Assembly (NCBI GenBank): GCA_023444045.1
Contig: JAEZRQ010000002.1
Span: forward strand, 12,102 to 76,101
Origin: Candidatus Parcubacteria bacterium
GTDB lineage: Bacteria > Patescibacteriota > Patescibacteriia > Patescibacteriales > UBA12465
DNA length: 64,000 bases
Direction: 5' to 3'
The translations under genes were made by a program, and so were the position numbers. This document shows, in pieces, positions 1-8,727 of this stretch. Under the pieces are notes generated by a model. That model worked only from the letters and a program-made list of their open reading frames with translations. It was not told the DNA's origin and did not search any database. Position 1 is the stretch's first letter, and every line of letters starts with the position of its first letter.

Positions 1-231
1 ATTTAATAAATCTTCGGGAATCTCATCATTTTGAATATTATAATACAGAAGACCTGATATTTCAGCTCTTATTTGTGTTAAAACTTCCTCGTCAACTAAA
101 CCAGCACCGATGATGACCTTGCTTAAAGGGGTTTTAGTCTCTTCGGCCTTTTTTTTCAGACTTTCTATCTTATCTGCACTTAAAAGACCTCTTTCCGCTA
201 ATATGCTAAGTAATTTTTCATTTTTATCCAT
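1..231 (-). CDS. pilB: Type IV pilus assembly ATPase PilB/GspE family, N-terminal fragment (gene runs off the left edge)
   Basis: Not in the ORF track. ATG at 231 (complement), and the frame stays open to base 1. My translation is MDKNEKLLSILAERGLLSADKIESLKKKAEETKTPLS..., which resembles the T2SSE_N-type N-terminus of PilB. It lies directly downstream of pilM-N-O on the same strand. Confidence 0.4.
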   Translation of the reverse strand, partial: MDKNEKLLSILAERGLLSADKIESLKKKAEETKTPLSKVIIGAGLVDEEVLTQIRAEISGLLYYNIQNDEIPEDLLN

Positions 232-232
232 A

Positions 233-622
233 TTACTGCTTATCCTTGTTTAAAAAGGGATTACTATTACCAACCCTAACTCTAAAAAATGTTCTACTAG
301 TACTTGAGGCTGCGTTGTCATCACTAGGGTTAACAATAACAACGTCCGATCCTTGAGAGAAGGAGGCAATTAAAGCTTCCTGACTTTTATTTAAGTCACT
401 ATAATTAAAGTCTGAGACGTAATTCTTAAAAGATTTTATTCTGGGATCATCCAAAACGCTTAAATTAAGGTTATTATTTGTATTATTTGTTGGAGTCAAT
501 ACCCCAACATCATAACTTAAGACCTTATCGGCCACCCCATCTTTAAAAAGAAATAGAAAAAATCCGACAACAATAATTATCAGGATAAACAAATATAAAA
601 TTAAAGATTGCTGATTTCTCAT
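233..622 (-). CDS. Membrane-anchored hypothetical protein, last small gene of the pilMNO block
   Basis: 129-aa ORF with one N-terminal TM (LILYLFILIIIVVGFFLFLF). 4-nt overlap with the upstream pilO-like gene; its stop lies 1 nt from the pilB ATG. Confidence 0.55.
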   Translation of the reverse strand: MRNQQSLILYLFILIIIVVGFFLFLFKDGVADKVLSYDVGVLTPTNNTNNNLNLSVLDDPRIKSFKNYVSDFNYSDLNKSQEALIASFSQGSDVVIVNPSDDNAASSTSRTFFRVRVGNSNPFLNKDKQ

Positions 623-1203
623 TTTTTATAATAAGTAGAAAATTTTAAAGTCGCCGAGCTGCCGCCAACACTTAGCTCTTTAACATCAAACATCCTTAAA
701 TTACTTTCTAAAATATTTAACAAGTTTTTGGCTCCAGCATAATCAGCTGATAAAACATTAATAGAAACATCAATCACACCAATCTTGTTATTGGCATCTA
801 AACTATTGCCTTCCGGCTGAGACAGATTAATTGAAGAAACAATAAAGCCATTTTTATTAATTATCTCTTCAATCTCACCAAATAAAGCCTCCTTGTCATA
901 TTCGTCAGGTAAGATAGCATTTACTCTAGCTAAATCATCAGGATCCACCTCATCATAAGCCTTAATAGCGGCCTGCAAACTTTGTAATTTGTGTTTCTCG
1001 GCCTGCAGCAATTTTTCATTAGAACTAATGTTTTCAGAAATAGCTGCCGTAGTAATATCTACTTTTGGTTTTAAAATTAAAAAATAAGCAATAAATAACA
1101 GGAATGATACAAAAATCACAACAAAAAAACTAAAATAATTATTTAAAAAATTATTAACAGCATTTTTTTTGGCTAGACTACTCTGTAACATAATTTTATT
1201 CAA
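619..1203 (-). CDS. pilO: PilO-like type IV pilus assembly protein
   Basis: 194 aa with a single N-terminal TM (FFVVIFVSFLLFIAYFLIL), then a coiled-coil-like segment and a small C-terminal domain. Position after pilM/pilN with overlapping stop/start. The call rests on architecture and context only. Confidence 0.45.
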   Translation of the reverse strand: MNKIMLQSSLAKKNAVNNFLNNYFSFFVVIFVSFLLFIAYFLILKPKVDITTAAISENISSNEKLLQAEKHKLQSLQAAIKAYDEVDPDDLARVNAILPDEYDKEALFGEIEEIINKNGFIVSSINLSQPEGNSLDANNKIGVIDVSINVLSADYAGAKNLLNILESNLRMFDVKELSVGGSSATLKFSTYYKK

Positions 1204-1846
1204 CTTGCTTATAAAAAATTTCTGGCTTTACTTTAAGGTTAATAGAAAAGGAAACGCTGCTTTCCCCACTAACCTCACCCTCCTTATCACTTCTGCCTGA
1301 AGAACCAGCATCAACTTCAGCCGATATCACATATTTATTATCTTTAAAAGTCTTTACCTGCCAACTAATATCACTAAAAGTTCTAGCTGTGGCTGATAAA
1401 GAATACTCTCCGGAGACATCCCCAGAGAAGCCTTGATAATTAACGGAGTTTAGAGTATTTTTTTCCAACCAATCAAAGAAGTTAGTCCAATAAATATGGG
1501 TATCGGCCATTTTTTTTGTCAATTCTAATTTTTCTTTAAAAGAAACAAAATCTTTAGCATTTCTGTTAATATTTTTTATTTCCTGGCTGACTTTATCTAA
1601 CTCAACTTTTAAAGCAATAGTTTTTTCCTCCTCTTGTTTCTGCCACCAATCAAGACCATAATAGATTTCCGCGACAAGTAAAGCGGCCACGAAAATAGCT
1701 AAAAATAATGACAGTAGATGCCTGCTCCAATTAAACTCAACACTAATCTCATCCTTAACTAAGTTAACCTCAAGAACTTTAGGATTAAAAAAGTCGTCTG
1801 CTGCTTCTTCTGAACCCTTTTTTAGTTTTTTATTAAATAGCTTCAT
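1196..1846 (-). CDS. pilN: PilN-like type IV pilus assembly protein
   Basis: 216 aa with one TM (LLSLFLAIFVAALLVAEIYYGL) followed by a coiled coil. Lies immediately downstream of pilM. Call is architecture/context based. Confidence 0.45.
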   Translation of the reverse strand: MKLFNKKLKKGSEEAADDFFNPKVLEVNLVKDEISVEFNWSRHLLSLFLAIFVAALLVAEIYYGLDWWQKQEEEKTIALKVELDKVSQEIKNINRNAKDFVSFKEKLELTKKMADTHIYWTNFFDWLEKNTLNSVNYQGFSGDVSGEYSLSATARTFSDISWQVKTFKDNKYVISAEVDAGSSGRSDKEGEVSGESSVSFSINLKVKPEIFYKQVE

Positions 1847-1855
1847 TTTTAAAAA

Positions 1856-2902
1856 CTAATTTTCAATATCTCTTAAAGCTAAGCCGACAGCCACTGCTAA
1901 TCTGGGACCAACTTCATGAATTACCGGTTTAAGCTCTTCGGGATACATAATACGACTAAAAGAATCACCAATAATCACTTGAATATTAAGCTTTTGTGAT
2001 AAATACTCCGGAAGACCAAAAAGCAGAGAGCTGCCTCCAGATAAAATAATTTTCTCTACTGGCACTCTGTTAGAATTATTATAAAATTCTAACATATATT
2101 TAATCTCATTGATAATCGGCGTAATTGTTTTGATAATTTGTTTAGGCAATTCGCCTTTAGTATTTTTTGAAGTAGATAAATCATTTTTAAATTGTTCCGC
2201 TTGAGCAAAAGTAAGCCCTAAACTTTCAGATAAATCCTTGGTGATAGTAGATCCACAAATTTCTAAACTGCGGTTTAAGACAGGGATGCTTTCCCTAACC
2301 ACAGAAATATCAGTACTATTAGCACCAATTTCTACTATCATGACAGTTGATTTGTCATTACCAACTAAAGACCTCACTAAGGAAAAAGTTTCTGTCTCTA
2401 AATACGACAAACTCAAATTAGCTTGTTTGAAAACATCAATATACTTCCGAACAATCTTGCGAGGCGAACAAGTTAAAAAAATTCTGGTTACCGATTTAGA
2501 AATAGGGCCGCCTTCCGGATCAGGAATAACTTTGAAATCAATTTTCATTTCTTCAAGCGGTAAAGGAATTACTTTTTTAGCTTCTTCTAGGACAGCATCT
2601 GTTAAATTCTTTTTATCAACCACATTAACGGTAATAATTGAAGAAAAAACAGCAAAAGTCGGCAAAGAAGCGGTTACCCTAGTCGCCTTGATTTTAGCTT
2701 CTGTCTGTACTTTATTAATTGCTTTAGCGAGATAGGCAGTATCATCAATTTTAGTAAATTTAATGTCATTAACATTTTCACTAAAAGCGTAGTTGGTTAA
2801 GTATATTTTCTTCCCTCTTTTTTCCAGCTCCACCATTTTCAGTGAAGAGTCTCCAATATCAACACCTAAAAAAGAATTTTCTGTTTTAGAAAATAAGCCC
2901 AT
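1856..2902 (-). CDS. pilM: Type IV pilus assembly protein PilM (actin-like ATPase fold)
   Basis: 348 aa. N-terminal FLGVDIGDSSLKMVELEK and C-terminal ILSGGSSLLFGLPEYL are typical PilM/FtsA-like phosphate-binding motifs. Confidence 0.8.
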   Translation of the reverse strand: MGLFSKTENSFLGVDIGDSSLKMVELEKRGKKIYLTNYAFSENVNDIKFTKIDDTAYLAKAINKVQTEAKIKATRVTASLPTFAVFSSIITVNVVDKKNLTDAVLEEAKKVIPLPLEEMKIDFKVIPDPEGGPISKSVTRIFLTCSPRKIVRKYIDVFKQANLSLSYLETETFSLVRSLVGNDKSTVMIVEIGANSTDISVVRESIPVLNRSLEICGSTITKDLSESLGLTFAQAEQFKNDLSTSKNTKGELPKQIIKTITPIINEIKYMLEFYNNSNRVPVEKIILSGGSSLLFGLPEYLSQKLNIQVIIGDSFSRIMYPEELKPVIHEVGPRLAVAVGLALRDIEN

Positions 2903-2955
2903 AAAATTTTAATTAAAACCACCAAGAAAATTGCCAAACAAATTGCGATGGTAGT

Positions 2956-2984
2956 TTGATATGTGTCAGTTTATATTATATAAT
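2956..2984 (+). promoter_or_regulatory. Sigma70-type promoter for the 3039 gene
   Basis: TTGATA (2956-2961), 17-nt spacer, TATAAT (2979-2984). Confidence 0.45.
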
Positions 2985-3038
2985 AATTACAAGACAAAGG
3001 CAAAGATTTTAAATGAGTTTAAAATAAAAAAATAAATT

Positions 3039-4304
3039 ATGAATCTCTTTTCAAAATATAAAAAACTTTTTCTGGTTATCGCCTTTCTGGCTATCACTTT
3101 TATCCTTGGTTTTTTGCTTTATAGAACTTTTTTTCAGAGCTCTTTGGTCTTGGGACCAGAGCCAATAACAATAACACCAACGACAACACCAGGTAGTCTA
3201 CCTATTTCTGGCGAAGGCACTCCGCAGACTGGCACCAGTGAACCAGGGACGATTCCAGGTAGTGAAAATATTCCTGGTGGTACCGGGATAAATCAACAAC
3301 CCGATCCCAATGCTCCTTCTGATGTCGCTTTAGGAGGCGTAACCAAAACAGAAACACTAACAAGTTCCGCTGGACTAGCGCCCACCCTATCAAACTCTGG
3401 TGGCATTCAATACTATAATAAAGATGACGGTTATTTTTATAAAATAGATGTCAGTGGCAATGCTGTTAAGATGAGTGACCGGGTTTTTTATAATGTTGAG
3501 GATGTTACTTGGGCACCAAATAAAAATAAAGCGGTTTTAGAGTACCCCGATAATACAAAAATTTTATACAACTTTGAAACCAAGAAACAAGTTACCATCC
3601 CTAGCCACTGGGAAGATTTTGATTTTTCTCCCCAAAGCGACCAAATTATTGCTAAAAGCATCGCCCTTGATCCAGATAACCGCTTTTTAACAGTTGCCTC
3701 TGATGATGGTTCTCGGGTTTATAATATTGAAGAAATTGGGTTAAACGCTGATAAAGTAAAAACCGGCTGGTCGCCAAATAATCAAATTGTAGCTACTTAT
3801 GCTGAAAGCATTGATCTAAACAGACAAGAAGTTTTCTTTGTTGGCTTAAATGGTGAAAATTTTAAATCAACTACAGTTGAGGGTCGCGGTTTAGTTTATG
3901 AGTGGTCAAAAACTGGCGACCGCTTGTTATATAGCGCCTACAATACCAACAGCAACATGAAACCATTGCTATGGGTAGTTGATGCTCAGGGTGATAATAT
4001 TAATAAAAATCGTATCAGTCTTGGGATTAATACTTGGGCAGACAAATGTACTTTTGCCACTAACACTGAAGTCTACTGCGCCGTACCGGTTGACTTGGAA
4101 GTGGGGTCGGGGCTTATTAGAGCGCTAGCTGATGATAATCCTGATGAACTATATAAGATAGATTTAAGAACTGGAACTAAGACGCTAGTAGCTATTCCCG
4201 ATGGACAATTCAATATGGAAAATCTGATTGTTAATAATAACCAGAGTCAGTTATTTTTTTCTGACAAGAACACCGGACTAATTCATAAAATAAATTTAAA
4301 ATAG
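3039..4304 (+). CDS. Membrane-anchored beta-propeller protein (TolB/PD40-like repeats) with Pro/Thr/Gly-rich linker
   Basis: 421 aa. N-terminal TM (LFLVIAFLAITFILGFLLY), a PTTTPGS-rich linker, then repeated W/F-S-P-D/N-type blade motifs (VTWAPNKNKAVL, FDFSPQSDQII, TGWSPNNQIVA, YEWSKTGDRLLY). Confidence 0.55.
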   Translation: MNLFSKYKKLFLVIAFLAITFILGFLLYRTFFQSSLVLGPEPITITPTTTPGSLPISGEGTPQTGTSEPGTIPGSENIPGGTGINQQPDPNAPSDVALGGVTKTETLTSSAGLAPTLSNSGGIQYYNKDDGYFYKIDVSGNAVKMSDRVFYNVEDVTWAPNKNKAVLEYPDNTKILYNFETKKQVTIPSHWEDFDFSPQSDQIIAKSIALDPDNRFLTVASDDGSRVYNIEEIGLNADKVKTGWSPNNQIVATYAESIDLNRQEVFFVGLNGENFKSTTVEGRGLVYEWSKTGDRLLYSAYNTNSNMKPLLWVVDAQGDNINKNRISLGINTWADKCTFATNTEVYCAVPVDLEVGSGLIRALADDNPDELYKIDLRTGTKTLVAIPDGQFNMENLIVNNNQSQLFFSDKNTGLIHKINLK

Positions 4305-4315
4305 ATAATAGAATA

Positions 4316-4350
4316 AAATAAAGCGCCCCCTTAAGGGGGCGCTTTATTTT
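4316..4350. terminator. Bidirectional rho-independent terminator between convergent genes
   Basis: aaagcgccccc-ttaa-gggggcgcttt forms a perfect GC-rich 11-bp stem flanked by an A-run and a T-run. Confidence 0.8.
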
Positions 4351-5089
4351 ATTTTTTAATATTATTAATCTCTAAATTAATAAATATTAAAACATCCTGC
4401 TTTAAAGTACGACGTAATTTTTTGAAACGATCATAGGGGAGCAAGAAATTTAAATCTTGAGTAAGAATTTTTTCATTAATATTATCTTCAATAAATGAAT
4501 GAAGTTTTCTAAAAAAATCAACTAAACTTAAGCCGGTTCTCTCGGTAATAACTTTATAGTTGTACCGATAATTATTAACGAAGAAATGATAAATATCATA
4601 AATATCCCTACCGGCAATTGAATTATTGTGCTCAAAACGATCAATTACCGCTACTAACTTATTAGCAAACATCGTTTCAATATCTTGACACATGACAACA
4701 CGGCTAATGTCGTTTAGTTTTATTGGCTTATAGTTATTGTTTTTAGGTGGTGGAAAATTAATATCTATTTTAAGGGTATTTCTGCCATCTTTGTTTTTGT
4801 TGGGGTACTTCAAAAAAAATTGCAGGGCTTTTTGACTTTCATCTTTTATCTCTAAATCAAGTTCTTTAAAGATAAACTTGAGCTCTTTTTTAATAACTGA
4901 CACTTGCTCTACAGGACCAACGTAATCAAAATCCAAATCAACCGAAAAACGATCTAAAAACCCAGCCATGGCCGCACAAGTGCCACCCTTAAAATACAAA
5001 TCATTTAATTTATTGCTGCTCACAATACTTATCAAAAGACGATACATCCAAAATTTATGAACGGCATCATGTGAATTTATAGTAATCAT
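4349..5089 (-). CDS. abiEii: AbiEii/AbiGii-family nucleotidyltransferase toxin (DUF1814)
   Basis: 246 aa. FKGGTCAAMAGFLDRFSVDLDFD matches the GGT...R.S.D.D nucleotidyltransferase motif of AbiEii. 4-nt overlap with the upstream AbiEi-like gene. Confidence 0.75.
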   Translation of the reverse strand: MITINSHDAVHKFWMYRLLISIVSSNKLNDLYFKGGTCAAMAGFLDRFSVDLDFDYVGPVEQVSVIKKELKFIFKELDLEIKDESQKALQFFLKYPNKNKDGRNTLKIDINFPPPKNNNYKPIKLNDISRVVMCQDIETMFANKLVAVIDRFEHNNSIAGRDIYDIYHFFVNNYRYNYKVITERTGLSLVDFFRKLHSFIEDNINEKILTQDLNFLLPYDRFKKLRRTLKQDVLIFINLEINNIKK

Positions 5090-5637
5090 ATTTTATGATA
5101 AACGATTTTTTGAATCTCTTTAACCATTTTCCAGTTAATTGCCTCTAAATTATCAAAGTGGTAGTTAGGGTTAAAATATAATATGTCAGCCACTGCCCTC
5201 TCAAGTGAGGCCTCACTAACTTCATTATTTTTATTAACCCCAAAATCATTATAGAGATAATCCTTTTTTAACTTTCTGAAATAGTAATTATAGGGACCAA
5301 CACTAATTCTTTTACTACCACCGCCAATAAAAGTTAAATAATTAATTTTTTGAAAGATGGCACCATGTTTTGCTAAGACTGTCTCACCACTCAAATAACA
5401 ATAATTATTAAAAATCTTAAAGCCTAAAAGCACTGGATCAAGCTCCTCAATTTTTTTTACAGAATAAAGCCCCCGATGAAGACGATAAATTAAACCTTGA
5501 TCAACATAACGTTTAAGAGTTATTAGTAAACTAGCGCGATTTTCAAGCTGCCAAATTTTAGCTAAGTCTGAAACCCGAAAAACAAAGCCTCCCAGCCTTA
5601 GAATATTCAAAAATCTATTTTGTTTAATATTAGTCAT
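5086..5637 (-). CDS. abiEi: AbiEi-family type IV toxin-antitoxin antitoxin / transcriptional regulator
   Basis: 183 aa. An N-terminal winged-helix-like segment (FRVSDLAKIWQLENRASLLITLKRYVDQGLIYRLHRGLYSV) is typical of AbiEi. It is paired with AbiEii. Confidence 0.7.
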   Translation of the reverse strand: MTNIKQNRFLNILRLGGFVFRVSDLAKIWQLENRASLLITLKRYVDQGLIYRLHRGLYSVKKIEELDPVLLGFKIFNNYCYLSGETVLAKHGAIFQKINYLTFIGGGSKRISVGPYNYYFRKLKKDYLYNDFGVNKNNEVSEASLERAVADILYFNPNYHFDNLEAINWKMVKEIQKIVYHKI

Positions 5638-5662
5638 TTTTTTATTTATTGTTTATATATAC

Positions 5663-5706
5663 TATACATATATGTATATTATAAAGTAACATTGATAGAA
5701 AGTCAA
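5663..5706 (-). promoter_or_regulatory. abiE promoter with abutting 16-bp perfect palindrome (candidate AbiEi operator)
   Basis: Minus strand carries TTGACT (5706-5701), a 17-nt spacer and TATAAT (5683-5678). The palindrome TATACATATATGTATA at 5663-5678 starts at the last base of the -10. Confidence 0.5.
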
Positions 5707-5729
5707 GTCTGGCAGCATTCTTAAAAACA

Positions 5730-5757
5730 TTGAAAAATATCTAATATCTGTTATAAT
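5730..5757 (+). promoter_or_regulatory. Promoter of the thrS leader
   Basis: TTGAAA (5730-5735), 16-nt spacer, extended -10 TGTTATAAT (5749-5757). Confidence 0.55.
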
Positions 5758-5764
5758 AATTTAG

Positions 5765-5963
5765 TCTTGATTGATTAGCCTACCAAGCTAATTAGCAACT
5801 GCTATAATCCTTAAAGGATTGCCAAAAGACAAAACAACTAGAAAAGAGTTTTCTTGAGTTATTAGACCCAGGAAAAAAATCGGGTGGAACCGCGAGATTG
5901 CTTTAATCCCGTCCCGGTCACTGCATAAGCTTAGCGTTTGTGCTGTTACCGAGGCGGGTTTTT
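5765..5963 (+). promoter_or_regulatory. T-box riboswitch leader (Thr-specific by context) with terminator/antiterminator
   Basis: T-box core CGGGTGGAACCGCG at 5881-5894. It can be drawn as the antiterminator CGGG-[UGGAACC bulge]-GCGAGAUU-GCUUU-AAUCCCGU-CCCG. The competing terminator pairs CCCGTCCCGGT (5908-5918) with ACCGAGGCGGG (5948-5958), followed by TTTTT. An upstream hairpin (5774-5792) carries the Thr codon ACC followed by A in its loop (5782-5785). Confidence 0.75.
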
Positions 5964-6014
5964 ATTTATCCCCTTAAACAGACAATGACTAATTCATGCG
6001 GTTAACCTAAAAAT

Positions 6015-7775
6015 ATGTCACACGAACATGAACATGAGATGTCCGAGGTGGAAGTCAAGCGGCACTCCTTGGCCCATTTACTGGCCACCGCGGTCCTAGA
6101 AAAACATCCTCAAGCTAAACTGGCAATTGGCCCAGCAATTGAGAATGGTTTTTATTATGATATTGATTTTGGTACCGAAAAAATTGTAGAAAGTGATTTG
6201 CGCGATTTAGAAAAACGCATGGCTCATCTTGTAAAACAAAATCTAAAGTTTGAAAGAGATGAGAAAGAAATAAATGAAGCTCTGGCTGATGCAGAAAAAG
6301 CGGGCGACCCTTACAAAGCAGAGTTAATTTCTGATTTAAGAGACAAAGGGGAAACTAAAGTAAGTTTTTATACTGTCGGGGTGTTTACTGATTTATGCCG
6401 CGGACCGCACGTTGAAAATACCAATAAAATCAAACCTGGCAGCTTCAAACTTGATAAGTTGGCTGGTGCTTACTGGCGCGGTGATGAAAAAAATAAAATG
6501 TTAACCAGAATTTATGGTTTAGCTTTTAATACTAAAGAAGAACTGGATAATTATTTAAATATGATGGCGGAGGCAGAAAAAAGAGACCACCGCAAACTAG
6601 GTAAAGAGTTAGATTTGTTTATGAATCATGATGTGGCTCCGGGAATGCCCTTCTTTTTGCCTAAAGGGATGACATTACTTCAAGAACTAACTAAATTTGT
6701 CAGACAACATTCCTACGGTGAAGGTTACAGTGAAGTCCGCACCCCACAACTTTTAAATGCTGACCTTTGGAAGATTTCTGGTCACTGGGACCATTACCAA
6801 GAAGACATGTTTTGTTTGCATCACGCTGAGGATGATATTGATATTGGCATTAAACCGATGAACTGCCCGGCTCATATGATGGTCTTTAAAAGGGATTTAA
6901 AATCATACCGAGATTTACCCTTACGTCTAGCCGAAGTGAGCACCTTATACCGCAATGAAAAGTCTGGCACTCTTCATGGATTAACCAGAGTCAGATCTCT
7001 GTCACAAGATGATTGTCATATTTTTGTTCGCCCAGAACAAATCCTGTCAGAAATTTCTACCTTATTACACAAAATAAAAACTATCTACACTATTTTTGAC
7101 TTACAAATTGACGAGATTCACTTATCTACCAGACCAGAGAGTTTCTTAGGCGAAAAAGCGATCTGGGATCAAGCAGAAGCTAACTTAAAAGAAGCTCTAG
7201 AACAAGCTAATTTGGAATATAAAATTAATGAAGGTGATGGCGCTTTCTATGGCCCTAAAATTGACGTGAAAGTTAAAGATGCTATTGGTCGCCAATGGCA
7301 ACTGGCCACCATTCAACTTGATTTTCAATTACCAGCTCGTTTTGAATTAAAATATACCGATGCTGATGGTTCAGCTAAAACTCCTGTGGTTATCCACCGT
7401 GCTCTACTAGGATCACTAGAGAGATTTTTAGGGGTGATTATTGAGCACTATGCTGGAGCCTTCCCTCTCTGGTTAGCGCCTGTTCAGGTTAAATTAGTTT
7501 CCGTTTCCGAAAATCACCTTGCTTATTGCCAGAGTTTAGCCGCTGAGTTTAAGGCAATAGGTATTAGGGTAGAAATTGATGATGACAATGAAACGGTGGG
7601 TAACAAAATCAGAAAAGCTGTTAATGAAAAAGTGCCCTACATGCTAGTTATCGGCGATAAGGAAATTGAAGCCCCAGTATTATCTGTTAGAGACAGGGGG
7701 CAGAGAGAAGCTAGAGAAATTAGCAAAGATGAATTCTTTACAGAAATAAAGGAAAAAATTAATAATTACCGCTAG
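6015..7775 (+). CDS. thrS: Threonyl-tRNA synthetase (no N-terminal TGS domain)
   Basis: 586 aa. Contains RHSLAHLLATAV (editing/SAD motif), RDHRKLGKELDLF, class II core motifs and a C-terminal anticodon-binding domain. Preceded by a T-box leader. Confidence 0.95.
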   Translation: MSHEHEHEMSEVEVKRHSLAHLLATAVLEKHPQAKLAIGPAIENGFYYDIDFGTEKIVESDLRDLEKRMAHLVKQNLKFERDEKEINEALADAEKAGDPYKAELISDLRDKGETKVSFYTVGVFTDLCRGPHVENTNKIKPGSFKLDKLAGAYWRGDEKNKMLTRIYGLAFNTKEELDNYLNMMAEAEKRDHRKLGKELDLFMNHDVAPGMPFFLPKGMTLLQELTKFVRQHSYGEGYSEVRTPQLLNADLWKISGHWDHYQEDMFCLHHAEDDIDIGIKPMNCPAHMMVFKRDLKSYRDLPLRLAEVSTLYRNEKSGTLHGLTRVRSLSQDDCHIFVRPEQILSEISTLLHKIKTIYTIFDLQIDEIHLSTRPESFLGEKAIWDQAEANLKEALEQANLEYKINEGDGAFYGPKIDVKVKDAIGRQWQLATIQLDFQLPARFELKYTDADGSAKTPVVIHRALLGSLERFLGVIIEHYAGAFPLWLAPVQVKLVSVSENHLAYCQSLAAEFKAIGIRVEIDDDNETVGNKIRKAVNEKVPYMLVIGDKEIEAPVLSVRDRGQREAREISKDEFFTEIKEKINNYR

Positions 7776-7783
7776 ACAATAAA

Positions 7784-7819
7784 AAGGCCATTTCGGAAAG
7801 TTCCAGAGGTGGCCTTTTT
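7784..7819 (+). terminator. thrS terminator
   Basis: aggcca...tggcct stem followed by TTTTT. An extended -10 TGTTATAAT (7821-7829) follows for the next operon. Confidence 0.6.
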
Positions 7820-7864
7820 ATGTTATAATAAACGATACTTAAAAATTAATTAGTTAAAATAATT

Positions 7865-8212
7865 ATGAAGAAACCATTAAAGATTTCCTTGTTATTTTTA
7901 GCAGGTATTGTAATAATCAGCCTAACTGTAGTCCTAATAAAAAACCAACCAAAACAAATTCTCTTTTATAGTAATTTCTGCGGGCATTGTTTGGAAGTAG
8001 AAAAATATATTAGTGAAAATAAGGTTAAAGACTATCTAGTTTTCAGAGAACTAGAGGTGTCTCAGAACCAGGTAAATTCCAGGCTGTTGTCCCAGAAGGC
8101 AGCGATCTGTAGAGTTGATAATAAAGAAATTGGGGTTCCCTTTTTCTTTGACGGCGAAAAATGCTTAATCGGGTCAGATGAGATTATTAATTATTTTGAA
8201 AGCAAAAAATAG
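7865..8212 (+). CDS. Membrane-anchored thioredoxin-fold protein with CGHC active site
   Basis: 115 aa with an N-terminal TM (ISLLFLAGIVIISLTVVLI). The FCGHCLEVE CxxC motif is of the PDI/DsbA type. Confidence 0.6.
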   Translation: MKKPLKISLLFLAGIVIISLTVVLIKNQPKQILFYSNFCGHCLEVEKYISENKVKDYLVFRELEVSQNQVNSRLLSQKAAICRVDNKEIGVPFFFDGEKCLIGSDEIINYFESKK

Positions 8213-8213
8213 T

Positions 8214-8723
8214 ATGAAAAGAATTATTATTAGTGGCTCAACCTTAGGAGTACTACTTGCCCTACCAGCGAAAGCGGTTTGTCCGGTTTGTGTGGTCGCA
8301 GTTGGTGCCGGACTTGGCCTATCAAGATACTTAGGTATAGATGATGTTATTACTGGGGTTTGGATTGGCGGACTAACGATTGCTGTCAGTCTTTGGACTA
8401 TTAATTGGTTAAAGAAAAAAATAAAGGCAGAAAAATACAAAAGTTTTTATAGTATAATAACAATTGTCGCTTATTACGCCCTAGTTTTCTGGCCCTTGTT
8501 CGCTCAAAACTTAGTAGGCCACCCCTTAAATACTTTATGGGGAATTGATAAAGTAATTTTAGGTTTAGTTTTAGGGACTATTTCTTTTTGGTCCATGAGT
8601 GAATTCTATCTGTATTTAAAAAAGAAAAATGGCGGACACGCTCACTTCCCCTTTCAAAAAGTAGTGATGCCTTTTGGAACTTTAGTTGTTTTAAGTGGCA
8701 TCTTTTATTTAATTACTCGTTAA
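8214..8723 (+). CDS. Polytopic membrane protein with a single CPVC motif
   Basis: The track ORF starts at 8178 inside the previous gene. ATG 8214 (MKRIIISGS...) lies 1 nt after the upstream stop. It has a signal-like N-terminus, then AVCPVCVVAVGAG and about 4 TM segments. No family recognised. Confidence 0.5.
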   Translation: MKRIIISGSTLGVLLALPAKAVCPVCVVAVGAGLGLSRYLGIDDVITGVWIGGLTIAVSLWTINWLKKKIKAEKYKSFYSIITIVAYYALVFWPLFAQNLVGHPLNTLWGIDKVILGLVLGTISFWSMSEFYLYLKKKNGGHAHFPFQKVVMPFGTLVVLSGIFYLITR

Positions 8724-8727
8724 ATAT

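Noticed and set aside
2238-2735. 165-aa plus-strand ORF inside pilM. The same class includes 3202-3393, 8174-8440, 10356-10733, 10618-10854, 12057-12254, 17399-17653, 18842-19042, 19741-19923, 21225-21455, 23536-23748, 24328-24534, 26932-27141, 28124-28399, 28496-28705, 29261-29506, 30366-30587, 33996-34247, 34963-35160, 35682-35915, 37405-37833, 37981-38169, 39564-39767, 39935-40138, 40460-40753, 42572-42979, 43355-43558, 44054-44284, 45582-45770, 45801-45992, 53204-53401, 53557-53745, 54065-54313, 54975-55160, 55034-55324, 55461-55676, 56350-56688, 58951-59151, 60405-60596 and 60817-61002.
   Set aside because: All lie within, and mostly antisense to, longer ORFs with clear family motifs. 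They have low-complexity Ser/Leu/Ile-rich translations typical of shadow frames in AT-rich DNA, and no SD or promoter support.
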